Notes: a model not told the origin generated them from the sequence alone. DNA of 34,142 bases from an uncultured Candidatus Saccharibacteria bacterium (GCA_964455475.1 CAYVWL010000004.1:1-34142); one strand, 5' to 3'. Positions 8,947-18,380 are shown, counted from the first letter of the stretch. Program-made: numbers and translations.

Positions 8947-9369
8947 TTACTCGACTACATTGTTGCTGTCACAATCACCATCAGTCACATCTGGTTGAGT
9001 AGCAGTGCTAGTAGAGACAGTAGTATAATCTACACAAAAGTATGTTGTAGATGCTGATTTAAGATTAGCATAAGCTGCCCATGTGTTAGCGGTTGATGAG
9101 GCAGCTCCCGCTCCTGATCCAGAAGCTTTTGCGGCCAAATATAGTTTCGTTGCTTGATTACTACCATCAAAAAGACCAGCGTAGCTCTGAGGACCATCGT
9201 AAAATAATGCGGCCTCAGCCTTAAGACTACTCAATTGTGATTTAACAGCCGCATCAGAACCCTTTGCTCTAGCGCTATTTAACGATGCCAAGACGACAGC
9301 AGACAAGATACCAATGATGGCGATAACAACGAGAAGTTCGATTAAAGTAAAACCTTGTGATTTTTTCAT
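8947..9369 (-). CDS. probable major type IV pilin
   Basis: QG|FTLIELLVVIAIIGILSAVVLASL, C-terminal disulfide (FCVD...C); own strong promoter upstream. Confidence 0.85.
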   Translation of the reverse strand: MKKSQGFTLIELLVVIAIIGILSAVVLASLNSARAKGSDAAVKSQLSSLKAEAALFYDGPQSYAGLFDGSNQATKLYLAAKASGSGAGAASSTANTWAAYANLKSASTTYFCVDYTTVSTSTATQPDVTDGDCDSNNVVE

Positions 9370-9503
9370 ATTTTGAAAAATTTTTAAATTATAAATTGAT
9401 AAAGTCCTAAATTTTTTGACTCTTTTATCACTTTACGTAAGAGTGACAAAACGAGATCGACCAAAAAATCTTGGGAAAGCTAAAATAATTAGCTCTATGA
9501 GAT

Positions 9504-9528
9504 ATTATAGCATACTAGGAATTGTCAA
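9504..9528 (-). promoter_or_regulatory. sigma70 extended -10 promoter for major pilin
   Basis: TGcTATAAT, with TTGACA only 13 nt upstream (non-standard spacing). Confidence 0.6.
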
Positions 9529-9573
9529 CAATAAGGGGCTGTGGAAAACTATAAGACAACCGCTCCGACAATC

Positions 9574-9700
9574 AAACCACCCCCGCGTCAGAACGCGACC
9601 CCTCCTAAGAAAGGCGGGGTGGAGACGTGATTATTCTTACGTATTTCTTTTCCCCTCCTTTTCTAAGGAGGGGGCGTCATTCTTATGACAGGGGTGGTTT
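9574..9700. repeat. composite REP/MITE-like palindromic element (CCCCTCCTT family)
   Basis: 10-bp terminal inverted repeat AAACCACCCC/GGGGTGGTTT enclosing two CCCCTCCT-N4-AAGG(A/C)GGGG hairpins. Confidence 0.75.
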
Positions 9701-10904
9701 ACATGGCCCCCGAAATATTATAAATAGGGATAAGCACGGAGGCAAGGAGGAAGGCCACACCAAAACCAAGGAAAACAATCATCACCGGCTCAATCAGGCC
9801 CACCAAAGTGTCAATAGCATTTATCACTTCTCGGCGATAGAAGGAGGCCAATGTCTTCAAAATATTACCCAGCTGGCCGGTCTCTTCTCCAATCTTGATC
9901 ATAGCAATAAATATACCGGGTATCTCCCCGCTTTTCATCATCGCATCGGAAATAGAGCTACCGGTCTTTACATCTTCCACTGCGCGCAAGATAAGATCCT
10001 CAAAAATCTTATTATCCACCACCTTGGCGGTCAAATCCAAACCTCGGACGATTGGGATACCAGAGAGAAGCATCACATTCATATTGTCCGCAATACGGGA
10101 CAAATATAATTTACGATACAACACCTGCACGGCCGGCATGGTAATTTTAAAACGGTCAAAAGTATATTTTCCGGCTTCTGTCCGGCTATAGCGCCAGAGG
10201 AAAAACCCACCCACCACGAGTAATATCAAAATAAAGACACCATAACTGACAAAAAAATTGGAAACGCCGAGCACCACTTTGGTATAAATAGGCACGTCCT
10301 GACCAGACTCCGTCAAAATGGCACTGATTTTAGGGATCACCACCGTGAGCATGAGCACCATCACCGCCACGAAGGTAAAGACGATAAAGGCCGGATAGAC
10401 CAAAGCACTTTTTACTTTGGAGGTCACCTCATGAGTACGGTCCAAATAATCCGCCAAGTAAAGCAAGGTTTGATCCAGCTTGCCGGATTCCTCACCGGAT
10501 TTGACCATATTCACATAGAAATCAGAAAAGATATCCGGATGCTTGGCTAAAGCTTCGGAAATGGTATTTCCCGCTTGTAAATCACTCGCCACCTCGGCTA
10601 GCTTTCTCCGCAGGACAGGCTTTTCCGACTGGCTAGCGAGAAGCTCGAACACGCGAAGAGCGGATACCTGGGCCTCAAAGAGAGTAGCCATCTGCCTAGA
10701 CAAAATCACCACATCTTTATTGGAAACACGCTCCAAAAAAGAAATATTTTTCTCCAGAAAAGACTTATCATCAAGTGGCTTGATATCAGACAGCACCAAG
10801 CCTCTCTTTTGCAAGGAACCAATAGCCACTTCAAGACTGACGGCCTCAATAGTGCCTTCACGCTGATTACCGCTTGTATCTATGGCTTTATATTTGAAAA
10901 TCAT
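9699..10904 (-). CDS. pilC: type IV pilus platform protein (T2SSF family)
   Basis: SRQMATL, SGEESGKL, ALVYP, IGEETGQL, LIEP. Confidence 0.95.
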   Translation of the reverse strand: MIFKYKAIDTSGNQREGTIEAVSLEVAIGSLQKRGLVLSDIKPLDDKSFLEKNISFLERVSNKDVVILSRQMATLFEAQVSALRVFELLASQSEKPVLRRKLAEVASDLQAGNTISEALAKHPDIFSDFYVNMVKSGEESGKLDQTLLYLADYLDRTHEVTSKVKSALVYPAFIVFTFVAVMVLMLTVVIPKISAILTESGQDVPIYTKVVLGVSNFFVSYGVFILILLVVGGFFLWRYSRTEAGKYTFDRFKITMPAVQVLYRKLYLSRIADNMNVMLLSGIPIVRGLDLTAKVVDNKIFEDLILRAVEDVKTGSSISDAMMKSGEIPGIFIAMIKIGEETGQLGNILKTLASFYRREVINAIDTLVGLIEPVMIVFLGFGVAFLLASVLIPIYNISGAM

Positions 10905-11006
10905 CCCATTAGAAAATTAACCTTATAATTTTTATTTCTTATTTTATATATTATATTCTTCAACATTTATTATCTTTATTGTATCTTCGCTGATTTTCTA
11001 ACGGGA
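10904..11006. repeat. MITE-like element (CCCGT family) between pilT and pilC
   Basis: Inverted ends TCCCATTAGAAAAT / ATTTTCTAACGGGA around an AT-rich spacer. Confidence 0.65.
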
Positions 11007-11011
11007 CAAGT

Positions 11012-12073
11012 TTATAGAAGGCGCTCCAAGGATTTCGGATTAAAGGAAAAATGATAGGCGTTTTCAATCGTAATCTCGCCACGCGACACCAGATCCGCCA
11101 AACAGCGGTTCATATCCACCATCCCCTCTTGCGAGCTGGTTTCGATCACTGTATTTATTTCGTGCGTTCTCTTCTCGCGAATCAAGTTGGAAACGGCGCT
11201 GTTATTTATCAGTAATTCATAAGCCGGAATCAAACCGCCGGAAATACGCGGAATAAGGCGCTGAGAGAAAATACCGTTCAAGCTACTAGACAGCTGACTG
11301 CGGATCTGATCCTGCTGACTACCTGGGAAGGAATCGATAATACGATCAATGGTTTGGGCGGCGCTATTGGTATGCAAGGTGGAGAACACCAAATGTCCGG
11401 TCTCACCAGCGGTCACCGCGGTGGAAATAGTTTCTAGCCCACGCATCTCACCAATGAGCACCACATCCACATCTTCACGAAACATACTACGCAAGGCATT
11501 AGAGAAATCATCCGTATCAATACGCACTTCACGCTGATCAATCACGGACCTCTTCTGCTCATAGATATATTCAATCGGGTCTTCAATGGTCAAAATATGC
11601 TCAGCCCGGCTATTATTTACATAATCAAGCATGGCAGCAAGCGTGGTACTCTTACCATGACCCACCGGCCCCACCACCAGGAAAAAACCCTGCTGTCTCT
11701 CGGCAAAAGTCTTCAAAATATCCGGCAAATTTAATTCTTCAAATGTGCGAATCTTCCGAGGGACGAGACGAAGCGCCACTGACACCGCTCCCTGCTGAAA
11801 ATAAGCATTACCCCTGAAACGAGCATCACCCAGACTGTAAGAAAAATCCACTTCTTTAGTATTATAAAAAAGCTCCTTATTTTTTTCGGACAATAATTCA
11901 TTTAAAAGGCCAGCCGTGTCATCTTTGGACAGAACAGGATATTTGATGAGTGGTAAAAGCATACCAGACACGCGGATAGTGGGGTGACGACCTTCAGATA
12001 AATGTAAATCCGAGGCGCCTTCATTGACCACGGTTTTTACGAGTTCAGCTAATTTTTCTTTATAGTCAGCCAT
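11012..12073 (-). CDS. pilT: pilus retraction ATPase
   Basis: Walker A GPVGHGKST, TIEDPIE, GEMR, TGHLVFSTLHT, AVSNLIRE (AIRNLIRE-like). Confidence 0.95.
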   Translation of the reverse strand: MADYKEKLAELVKTVVNEGASDLHLSEGRHPTIRVSGMLLPLIKYPVLSKDDTAGLLNELLSEKNKELFYNTKEVDFSYSLGDARFRGNAYFQQGAVSVALRLVPRKIRTFEELNLPDILKTFAERQQGFFLVVGPVGHGKSTTLAAMLDYVNNSRAEHILTIEDPIEYIYEQKRSVIDQREVRIDTDDFSNALRSMFREDVDVVLIGEMRGLETISTAVTAGETGHLVFSTLHTNSAAQTIDRIIDSFPGSQQDQIRSQLSSSLNGIFSQRLIPRISGGLIPAYELLINNSAVSNLIREKRTHEINTVIETSSQEGMVDMNRCLADLVSRGEITIENAYHFSFNPKSLERLL

Positions 12074-12078
12074 ATGAT

Positions 12079-12474
12079 TTATTTTTTCTTTTCTAAATTA
12101 TAAATCCGTGCCACCTCCTCCACCACCTCGGATGGAATAGTGGTGGCCTTGATAATATAACCGTTGATACCAAAGCTCTTGGCTTTTTCAATGTCTGATA
12201 ATTGACCCTGATTAGTGAGCATAATAATGAGTGAGTTTGGCGCAATACTTTCTTTTTTCAGCTTGTCCAAGATTTCAAAACCATCCATCCCGGGCATCAC
12301 AATATCCAAAAGGATAATATCGGGAGTATAACCGTCCTTGATCTTAGCTAGGGCCTCCTCACCAGACGCCGCCGCATTCACCTCAAAATTACTCTTACTA
12401 AATTTTATTGAATACATGTTCAATAAAAACTTATCATCATCTACTATAAGCACTTTTGGTTTTGTATTTTCCAT
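12079..12474 (-). CDS. single-domain response regulator (receiver)
   Basis: LIVDDD, LLDIVMP, MLTN, IIK. Confidence 0.92.
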   Translation of the reverse strand: MENTKPKVLIVDDDKFLLNMYSIKFSKSNFEVNAAASGEEALAKIKDGYTPDIILLDIVMPGMDGFEILDKLKKESIAPNSLIIMLTNQGQLSDIEKAKSFGINGYIIKATTIPSEVVEEVARIYNLEKKK

Positions 12475-12544
12475 AATATTTACCTGTCTAAGTTTTTATT
12501 TAATAAAAATTTTGACAGGTTAATTATATCACAAACTAATAAAT

Positions 12545-14281
12545 CTAGACATCTTCCTCCATCATTCCCAGACCGTCCACTTCACTAAAAGGAATTTCCT
12601 TGTTCAAAGCCTTCACAATCGCGTCCTCTTTCATAGTGAGCATCCCCCGCTTTCTCAAGGATTCATAAATACTGCTTTCCGTGGGGCTGGTCAAAATAAT
12701 CTTTTCTACTTCTTTATTCATCTTAAAGGCCTCAAACACCGCCACTCGGCCTTTGGTCCCAGTGGGACATTCCGCGGTCGGTTCGGGATCATAAACATTT
12801 TCAAATTTTGGCAATTTAGCCTTGAATTCATCCGGCAAGTCATGGAATTGTTTGTCCAAAAGAGCTTTAATACTACCCTCAACTGGTACCGGCTTGCCCG
12901 TCCCGGGATAGAGAGTACGCACCAGGCGCTGAGCCATAGTCAAAATCAAGGTTGGTGCAATTAAATATGGATCCACCCCCATATCAATGAGACGCGGAAT
13001 CACACCCACGGCATTGTTGGTGTGGATAGTAGCCAGCACCAAATGACCGGTAAGGGCCGCTTGCACTGCGAGCTGGGCTGTCTCCTTATCACGGATCTCT
13101 CCCACCATGATCACATCCGGGTCCTGACGCAAGGTAGTACGCAAACCGTTGGCAAAAGTATAGCCAATGTCAGCAAAAATCTGGGACTGTGACACACCAT
13201 CAATATTGTATTCAATTGGGTCCTCAAGAGAAAGCACGTTCAAGCCCTCCTTATCAATCTCCTCTAGCATGGAATACATGGTGGTGGTCTTACCGGAACC
13301 GGTGGGACCAGAAATCAAAATCATACCGTAGGGCCGTTTGATGGCATCCCGAATATATGAAAGGTTCAAAGGTGACAAGCCGACTTTTTCCAAAGTCTGC
13401 ACTCCTTTTTCTTGGTCCAAAATTCTCATCACGAGCTTTTCTCCATAATAGGCCGGGAAAGTGGAAACACGAAAATCAATCTTGCGCCCATCGATCTTGG
13501 CGGAAAAACGACCGTCTTGCGGTTTACGCTTTTCATCCAATTTCATATTGGAAAGAATCTTGATACGGGCAATCACCGCGGAATGTACTGTCGTTGGCAA
13601 AAGCAAGCTGGTATTTAGAAAACCGTCCACGCGGAAACGGACGCGAATCTTTTCCTGCATATGTTCAATATGAATATCCGAGGCATTACCCTCCGTGGCG
13701 TAACGGAGTATGGTGGCCACGATCTTGGTCACCGGCGCATCCTCCACAATTTTGGTTTCCAATGGATCCTCAGACTTCCTGGAATCCAACTCTACATTGT
13801 CCACGTCAGTGGATAATTCTGTTTCTAGTTCCGTCAGGGCAGCGGTCACTTCCCCACCAAGCCCTTTATAATCATCTAGCACTTTTTCAAAAGCGGTTTG
13901 TGAAATAAGATACAGCTTAAACGGCATATTGATCTTATTAGAAATAAAGTTCAAGGCATCTCGCGCTTCAATATTTTCTGGATCCACAATTCCCACTTCC
14001 AAGAGCCCGTCCTTGATACCAATCGGCACAAAGCTGTAATGCCGAGCCGAATCTTCAGAAATATTTTTTAAAATAGAAAAAGGAATCTGCTGACCGCCCA
14101 AGTTTCTGGTGGGGATACTGTAATACTCACCCTTGGAATCTAAAATGACGTCCTCATTGACGCCGTGTTTCATAAGAATCTGCTCCAAGGGGACACCGGC
14201 GTCCTCGGCCTCCGTCTTGAGCCGGCCAATATCTCCCCGATTGATTATTTCTTTTTGGGCTAATATGTCTAATATGCTCAT
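12545..14281 (-). CDS. pilB: pilus assembly ATPase (GspE/PilB)
   Basis: ASDIHIE, PQDGR, GPTGSGKTT, LRQDPDVIMVGEIRD, TGHLV. Confidence 0.95.
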   Translation of the reverse strand: MSILDILAQKEIINRGDIGRLKTEAEDAGVPLEQILMKHGVNEDVILDSKGEYYSIPTRNLGGQQIPFSILKNISEDSARHYSFVPIGIKDGLLEVGIVDPENIEARDALNFISNKINMPFKLYLISQTAFEKVLDDYKGLGGEVTAALTELETELSTDVDNVELDSRKSEDPLETKIVEDAPVTKIVATILRYATEGNASDIHIEHMQEKIRVRFRVDGFLNTSLLLPTTVHSAVIARIKILSNMKLDEKRKPQDGRFSAKIDGRKIDFRVSTFPAYYGEKLVMRILDQEKGVQTLEKVGLSPLNLSYIRDAIKRPYGMILISGPTGSGKTTTMYSMLEEIDKEGLNVLSLEDPIEYNIDGVSQSQIFADIGYTFANGLRTTLRQDPDVIMVGEIRDKETAQLAVQAALTGHLVLATIHTNNAVGVIPRLIDMGVDPYLIAPTLILTMAQRLVRTLYPGTGKPVPVEGSIKALLDKQFHDLPDEFKAKLPKFENVYDPEPTAECPTGTKGRVAVFEAFKMNKEVEKIILTSPTESSIYESLRKRGMLTMKEDAIVKALNKEIPFSEVDGLGMMEEDV

Positions 14282-14312
14282 AGGAATATTTGATTCAAAT
14301 TGACCAAGTCAC

Positions 14313-14648
14313 CTACCTGGTGGATGTGCTGACAATCAAGGAACTGTTCACACCGATCGGCAAAAAGGGATTTGGTCGGCGAAGAGTCTGACTTTCCAAA
14401 GTGCGCTCAAAGCTTTGTAAATTGACAAAAACTTTATTACTAAAAACCGCATCATCCAAGGTGACGGCATTAAGCTTGTTTAGCATAATGAGCACATCCT
14501 GACCGTTTACAAATGTCCCACTTTGGCTATTTTCCGCCACCAGAGCCAAGTCCACGGAATCAGTATTAGAAAAGAACATCTTAAAGCCAACAAAAGAGAT
14601 GGCGATGATAACGAGAGCGAATAGCATTTGTTTGGTTTTCTGGGACAT
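14313..14648 (-). CDS. PilP-like membrane-anchored pilus protein
   Basis: N-terminal TM helix, RPNPF motif, position after pilO. Confidence 0.5.
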   Translation of the reverse strand: MSQKTKQMLFALVIIAISFVGFKMFFSNTDSVDLALVAENSQSGTFVNGQDVLIMLNKLNAVTLDDAVFSNKVFVNLQSFERTLESQTLRRPNPFLPIGVNSSLIVSTSTR

Positions 14649-14653
14649 GACTT

Positions 14654-15217
14654 TTATTTTAACCAATAAGTTTTTAACCCGACCGAGAAATCATACAGAC
14701 CAGTATTGTTGGCGGTGACAGACAGATCCGTAATCTCTACCAAGCGCAAACTACGCTCGAGATCATTCAGGAAATCCTGAAACTTGTCATAAGAAGCTGT
14801 GACGGAAAAGGATATCCCCACCGTGCCGTACTTACTATTGTCTGACCCAAGCTTGTTTGGATCCGTCTTGGCACCGGTGTCCAGCTTGGCACCCTTTAGA
14901 ACCAGATTATGCTTGGCAGCAATATTATCCATATCAATAATCAGTTTAATATTATCGATATTGTCTGGCAAAAGCTTTTTCAGTTTAATGACATCTTCCG
15001 GATTGAAATTATTTTGCTTGGCACTCAAACTATCCCTCTTGGCCCGGATATCTACGGCATTTTTCAAGGCAGTCTGATATTCCGCGTCCTCGGCAAGCAG
15101 GCTTTTGATACTCCTATTTCCGTTGCTCAAATTTTCCCCACGATAATTTGGATCAATGTAGGCAAAGAAAGTGCCGATCGAGATGATTATTAAAATGAGA
15201 GGGGTGATGATATTCAT
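14654..15217 (-). CDS. pilO: pilus alignment protein PilO
   Basis: N-terminal TM, coiled coil, LLP, YDKFQDFLNDLERSLRLVEI. Confidence 0.8.
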   Translation of the reverse strand: MNIITPLILIIISIGTFFAYIDPNYRGENLSNGNRSIKSLLAEDAEYQTALKNAVDIRAKRDSLSAKQNNFNPEDVIKLKKLLPDNIDNIKLIIDMDNIAAKHNLVLKGAKLDTGAKTDPNKLGSDNSKYGTVGISFSVTASYDKFQDFLNDLERSLRLVEITDLSVTANNTGLYDFSVGLKTYWLK

Positions 15218-15221
15218 ATTT

Positions 15222-15878
15222 TTATTCTATTGGTGCGGTGCTCGTACCCGTAGTGGTGCCCGTATTGTTATCAGCTGGTGGAGTCAAAATACCGCTCAAA
15301 CTTTTTTCATAGGTGACCAACTTTGAACTGACCAGAGCATTGAAATTAAAAGTGACGGTGCCGTCTGGATTTAAACTAAAGTCTGTAATAACCGGCTGAG
15401 AGATAAATTCTTTAATTTGATCTGTACCATAAGCATCAGACTGCCGGGAGAGAGCATCATAATTTCTCGCTACTCCAGTGAGATCAATACGGATTTTGTC
15501 TGCCCCACCATAAGCGAATTTTAAAGTTTTCAGCTGAACATTCTGAATAGTATTTTCTTCCAATAATTTAAAAACCGGTGTCACGGCCAAGTGCCGAGCC
15601 AACAAGCTTTTGGCTTCTTCAATCCGATCATTAAGGCGAATCAAATCCAAAATCGTTCCCTCTTCATAAGAATCCTTGGCCGCCGCCAGATCGGCTTTGT
15701 CTTTTACTATCTGCTTGGTTAAAGAAGCTTGCCACACCCACACCCCACCAGCAAGCGCAATGGCCACAATAAAGAGAATGATGGACAATAAAAGAAACAG
15801 GCTAATACCCCCACCGCTGGATTCACTTTCCGTAATCGGTTTCTTCGGAATAAAAGATGTTTGCATTTTTACTTCCAT
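15222..15878 (-). CDS. pilN: PilN-like alignment protein
   Basis: Single TM, coiled coil, LTGVARNY; located between pilM and pilO. Confidence 0.65.
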   Translation of the reverse strand: MEVKMQTSFIPKKPITESESSGGGISLFLLLSIILFIVAIALAGGVWVWQASLTKQIVKDKADLAAAKDSYEEGTILDLIRLNDRIEEAKSLLARHLAVTPVFKLLEENTIQNVQLKTLKFAYGGADKIRIDLTGVARNYDALSRQSDAYGTDQIKEFISQPVITDFSLNPDGTVTFNFNALVSSKLVTYEKSLSGILTPPADNNTGTTTGTSTAPIE

Positions 15879-15934
15879 ATTCTCCTACTATTATAATACT
15901 ATCTAAAAATAAAAGCTATCCTGTCAACTGTGGA

Positions 15935-17056
15935 TTAGTTCATATCCTGCAGACGGCGGAGGGCCAGACCAATAGCCACGGCAAAAGACGGTCCGGCTTG
16001 CTTTAAAACACCTTCCAAAAAGGCTGGGAATTCCACCTTGGAAAAAGGATCAGCCAAAACCACAGGAATACTCAAGGCCGATTCCGCTTTTTCTGCCAGA
16101 CCCTTCAATAATACCCCACCACCCGTCAAAAATACTTTGCTCACATTGCGCTCTGTCTTCTTTTGATAATTTAGCAACACTCGGCCGATCTCAGAGAAAA
16201 TATAATCCAAGGTGAGAGAGGTGATTTCGGTAATATCCATCTGATCACCTTCTTTTCTCAACAGTCCTCTCTCGCGCTTCATCTTTTCTGCTTCGTCCAC
16301 ACTGATACCGAGCGACTTGGAAATGGCCAGAGTAATATCTTGTGAACCATGACTGATCATATGCGAGGTACGCAAAATACCGCGTTCAATAATATAAATC
16401 TTGGTGGCACTAGAACCGAAATCGATAATCATCTGTGGAGCAGTGCCGGGCTCGAGCACGGAGCGCATGGAACCAAAGATCTCGATCTCAGAAAAAGCGG
16501 TGTCTAAACCAGCGATACGCGTGATTTCTTTATTCCTCTGCATGGCATCATTGTGAATCACCACGAGGAGCACATCCATGGTTTTTTCTTCTGGCTTGGC
16601 CTCACTGTTTTGATATTCAGAAGCGATGGCTTCATTGCGTGGAATGACCAGATAGTCCAGACTAACTTCGGAAATCGGCACTGGAATATATTTGCGCGCC
16701 TCGAGCGGTATCACTTGGGCCAATTGCTTTTCTTCAATCTTGGGAATTTTAATAAAAGACACAAGGCTGGAACCCATAGGAATAGAGATGCCACATTTCT
16801 TGGTGGTACTGTTTGATTCACGTAGGACATCCACCACCGCCTGGGCAATTTGTTCTGTCGTCAAGTTTGTGGCCTGGCCTATCCCCACCCCAGCATAAGG
16901 GCCGAGAGATAATTCACCGTAAGTTTCCAGTATCGCCCGGCCTTTTTTCCTTTTCAACTGAACAATCTTCACGGATGATGGGCCAATATCAATACCCAAA
17001 ACGCTTTTGTTTTGGTCGCTAGAAAAAATATTTTTGAGAGAATCAAATATGCTCAT
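15935..17056 (-). CDS. pilM: pilus assembly protein PilM (actin-like)
   Basis: LGIDIGPSSVK, EARKYIP, IDFG, LTGGG, AVAIGLALR. Confidence 0.95.
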   Translation of the reverse strand: MSIFDSLKNIFSSDQNKSVLGIDIGPSSVKIVQLKRKKGRAILETYGELSLGPYAGVGIGQATNLTTEQIAQAVVDVLRESNSTTKKCGISIPMGSSLVSFIKIPKIEEKQLAQVIPLEARKYIPVPISEVSLDYLVIPRNEAIASEYQNSEAKPEEKTMDVLLVVIHNDAMQRNKEITRIAGLDTAFSEIEIFGSMRSVLEPGTAPQMIIDFGSSATKIYIIERGILRTSHMISHGSQDITLAISKSLGISVDEAEKMKRERGLLRKEGDQMDITEITSLTLDYIFSEIGRVLLNYQKKTERNVSKVFLTGGGVLLKGLAEKAESALSIPVVLADPFSKVEFPAFLEGVLKQAGPSFAVAIGLALRRLQDMN

Positions 17057-17094
17057 ATATACTATTTATGCAGACTATTATATCATAAATATAA

Positions 17095-17868
17095 ATGAAT
17101 AATAGAACCTTATCCCCATTCTTTGAACTTTTAAGCCAGATTACTGACAAACTGGCGGATTGGCTCTTGCCCAAGGAGAAAAGGGTGCAGGAGCTGGAGG
17201 CCCTGGGCCCAGATGGTCTATTTGAAAAACTGCCTCGGGCGGAAAATTTTGACTTTGACACAGATAAGATCAAGGCTATCTTCAATTATAAGACCCCGCT
17301 CTGCCGGCAAGCCATCTGGGAGATAAAATATCGGGGCAACAAAAAACTGATTCGGGATTTCAGCCTGCTCCTCTACGATTTTATTTTAGAAGAAATATCG
17401 GAACTAGCGACTTTTGCCAATTTTAAAAATATAATTCTCCTCCCCATCCCCGCCACGCGGGCGCGGGAAAAAGAAAAAGGTTTTAATCAATGCGTTTTAA
17501 TTTGCGAAGAATTATTAAAAATAGATCGTGAAAGAAATAGTCAATCTTTCACCATGGTGAAAGATTTTCTGATCAAAAAAACAGACACTCCGCATCAAGC
17601 CCGCGTCAGCAATCGCAAATTGCGTTTGAAGAATTTAATAAATGCTTTTTCGGTCAACGAATCTGCCTGGCTGGCCTTCCAAAATAACTCTCTCCGTTTA
17701 ACGCAGACTAATCACTGCGAGAGTTTTTCGGAAGGCCAGCCAAATCACTCATTCATCATCATTGACGATGTCATCACCACCGGCGCCACCATGCGTGAAG
17801 CCTTCCGCGCCCTCTCCGCCTCCGGCATCTCCCCCCGCCGTATCCGCGGTTATGCCCTCGCGCATTAA
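17095..17868 (+). CDS. comF: competence protein ComF (PRT domain), with 25-aa palindrome-derived insert
   Basis: IKY, LLPIP, GFNQ, IIDDVITTGAT. Confidence 0.9.
   Translation: MNNRTLSPFFELLSQITDKLADWLLPKEKRVQELEALGPDGLFEKLPRAENFDFDTDKIKAIFNYKTPLCRQAIWEIKYRGNKKLIRDFSLLLYDFILEEISELATFANFKNIILLPIPATRAREKEKGFNQCVLICEELLKIDRERNSQSFTMVKDFLIKKTDTPHQARVSNRKLRLKNLINAFSVNESAWLAFQNNSLRLTQTNHCESFSEGQPNHSFIIIDDVITTGATMREAFRALSASGISPRRIRGYALAH
17668..17742. repeat. 75-nt in-frame palindromic insertion in comF
   Basis: 13-bp perfect inverted ends TGGCTGGCCTTCC/GGAAGGCCAGCCA, codon-aligned. Confidence 0.8.
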
Positions 17869-17873
17869 AGACA

Positions 17874-17913
17874 CAACCTCACCCCAGCCCCTCTCCTTGA
17901 CTAAGGAGAGGGG
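17874..17913. repeat. CCCCTCCTT-family palindrome
   Basis: CAACCTCACCCCAG followed by CCCCTCTCCTT-gact-AAGGAGAGGGG. Confidence 0.75.
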
Positions 17914-17920
17914 AATCTGC

Positions 17921-17960
17921 ATGTGTAAATAAGCAAGCTATAGCTTTGTTATTTACACAT
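17921..17960. terminator. AT-rich hairpin between convergent comF and tspO
   Basis: ATGTGTAAATAA...TTATTTACACAT inverted repeat. Confidence 0.5.
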
Positions 17961-17980
17961 CAAAAAATACAATAAAATAA

Positions 17981-18379
17981 TTAGCGATTCAGGAAAGTAA
18001 TAGTGAGTTGCAAAATGGTAGCAAAGGAAACCCAGACCAAATACGGAATCTGCATATACATGATCCACTTAGCATAAGGATAGATAGCCACCATGGCCCA
18101 GATCAGGGTGCCGAGTACGAGCAAAATATCCAGCGCCGCTAAATAATTATTCTGCAAACCAAATTGCAAAGGTGTGAAAGCAAAATTGAAAATCAAATTT
18201 AAAATAAAAGGCAAGAGAATAATAAAAGTAATTTGCTTTTGGATAGCCATAATGAGCACGCGCCCAAAAGAAATAGCAATCAAGACATAGAGCACAGTCC
18301 ACACTGGCCCGAATAGCCAGGATGGTGGTGACCAGGATGGCTTGATCAAAGTGGAATACCAATTGTAAGTGTTGTTCAT
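17981..18379 (-). CDS. tspO: TspO/MBR tryptophan-rich sensory protein
   Basis: WYSTLIKPSWSPPSWLFGPVWTVLY, PYLVWVSFATIL. Confidence 0.93.
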   Translation of the reverse strand: MNNTYNWYSTLIKPSWSPPSWLFGPVWTVLYVLIAISFGRVLIMAIQKQITFIILLPFILNLIFNFAFTPLQFGLQNNYLAALDILLVLGTLIWAMVAIYPYAKWIMYMQIPYLVWVSFATILQLTITFLNR

Positions 18380-18380
18380 A

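Noticed and set aside
9416-10109. Plus-strand ORFs 9416-9688 and 9627-10109
   Set aside because: They run through repeats or antisense to pilC and have no protein motifs. The same applies to the other antisense ORFs in the track.
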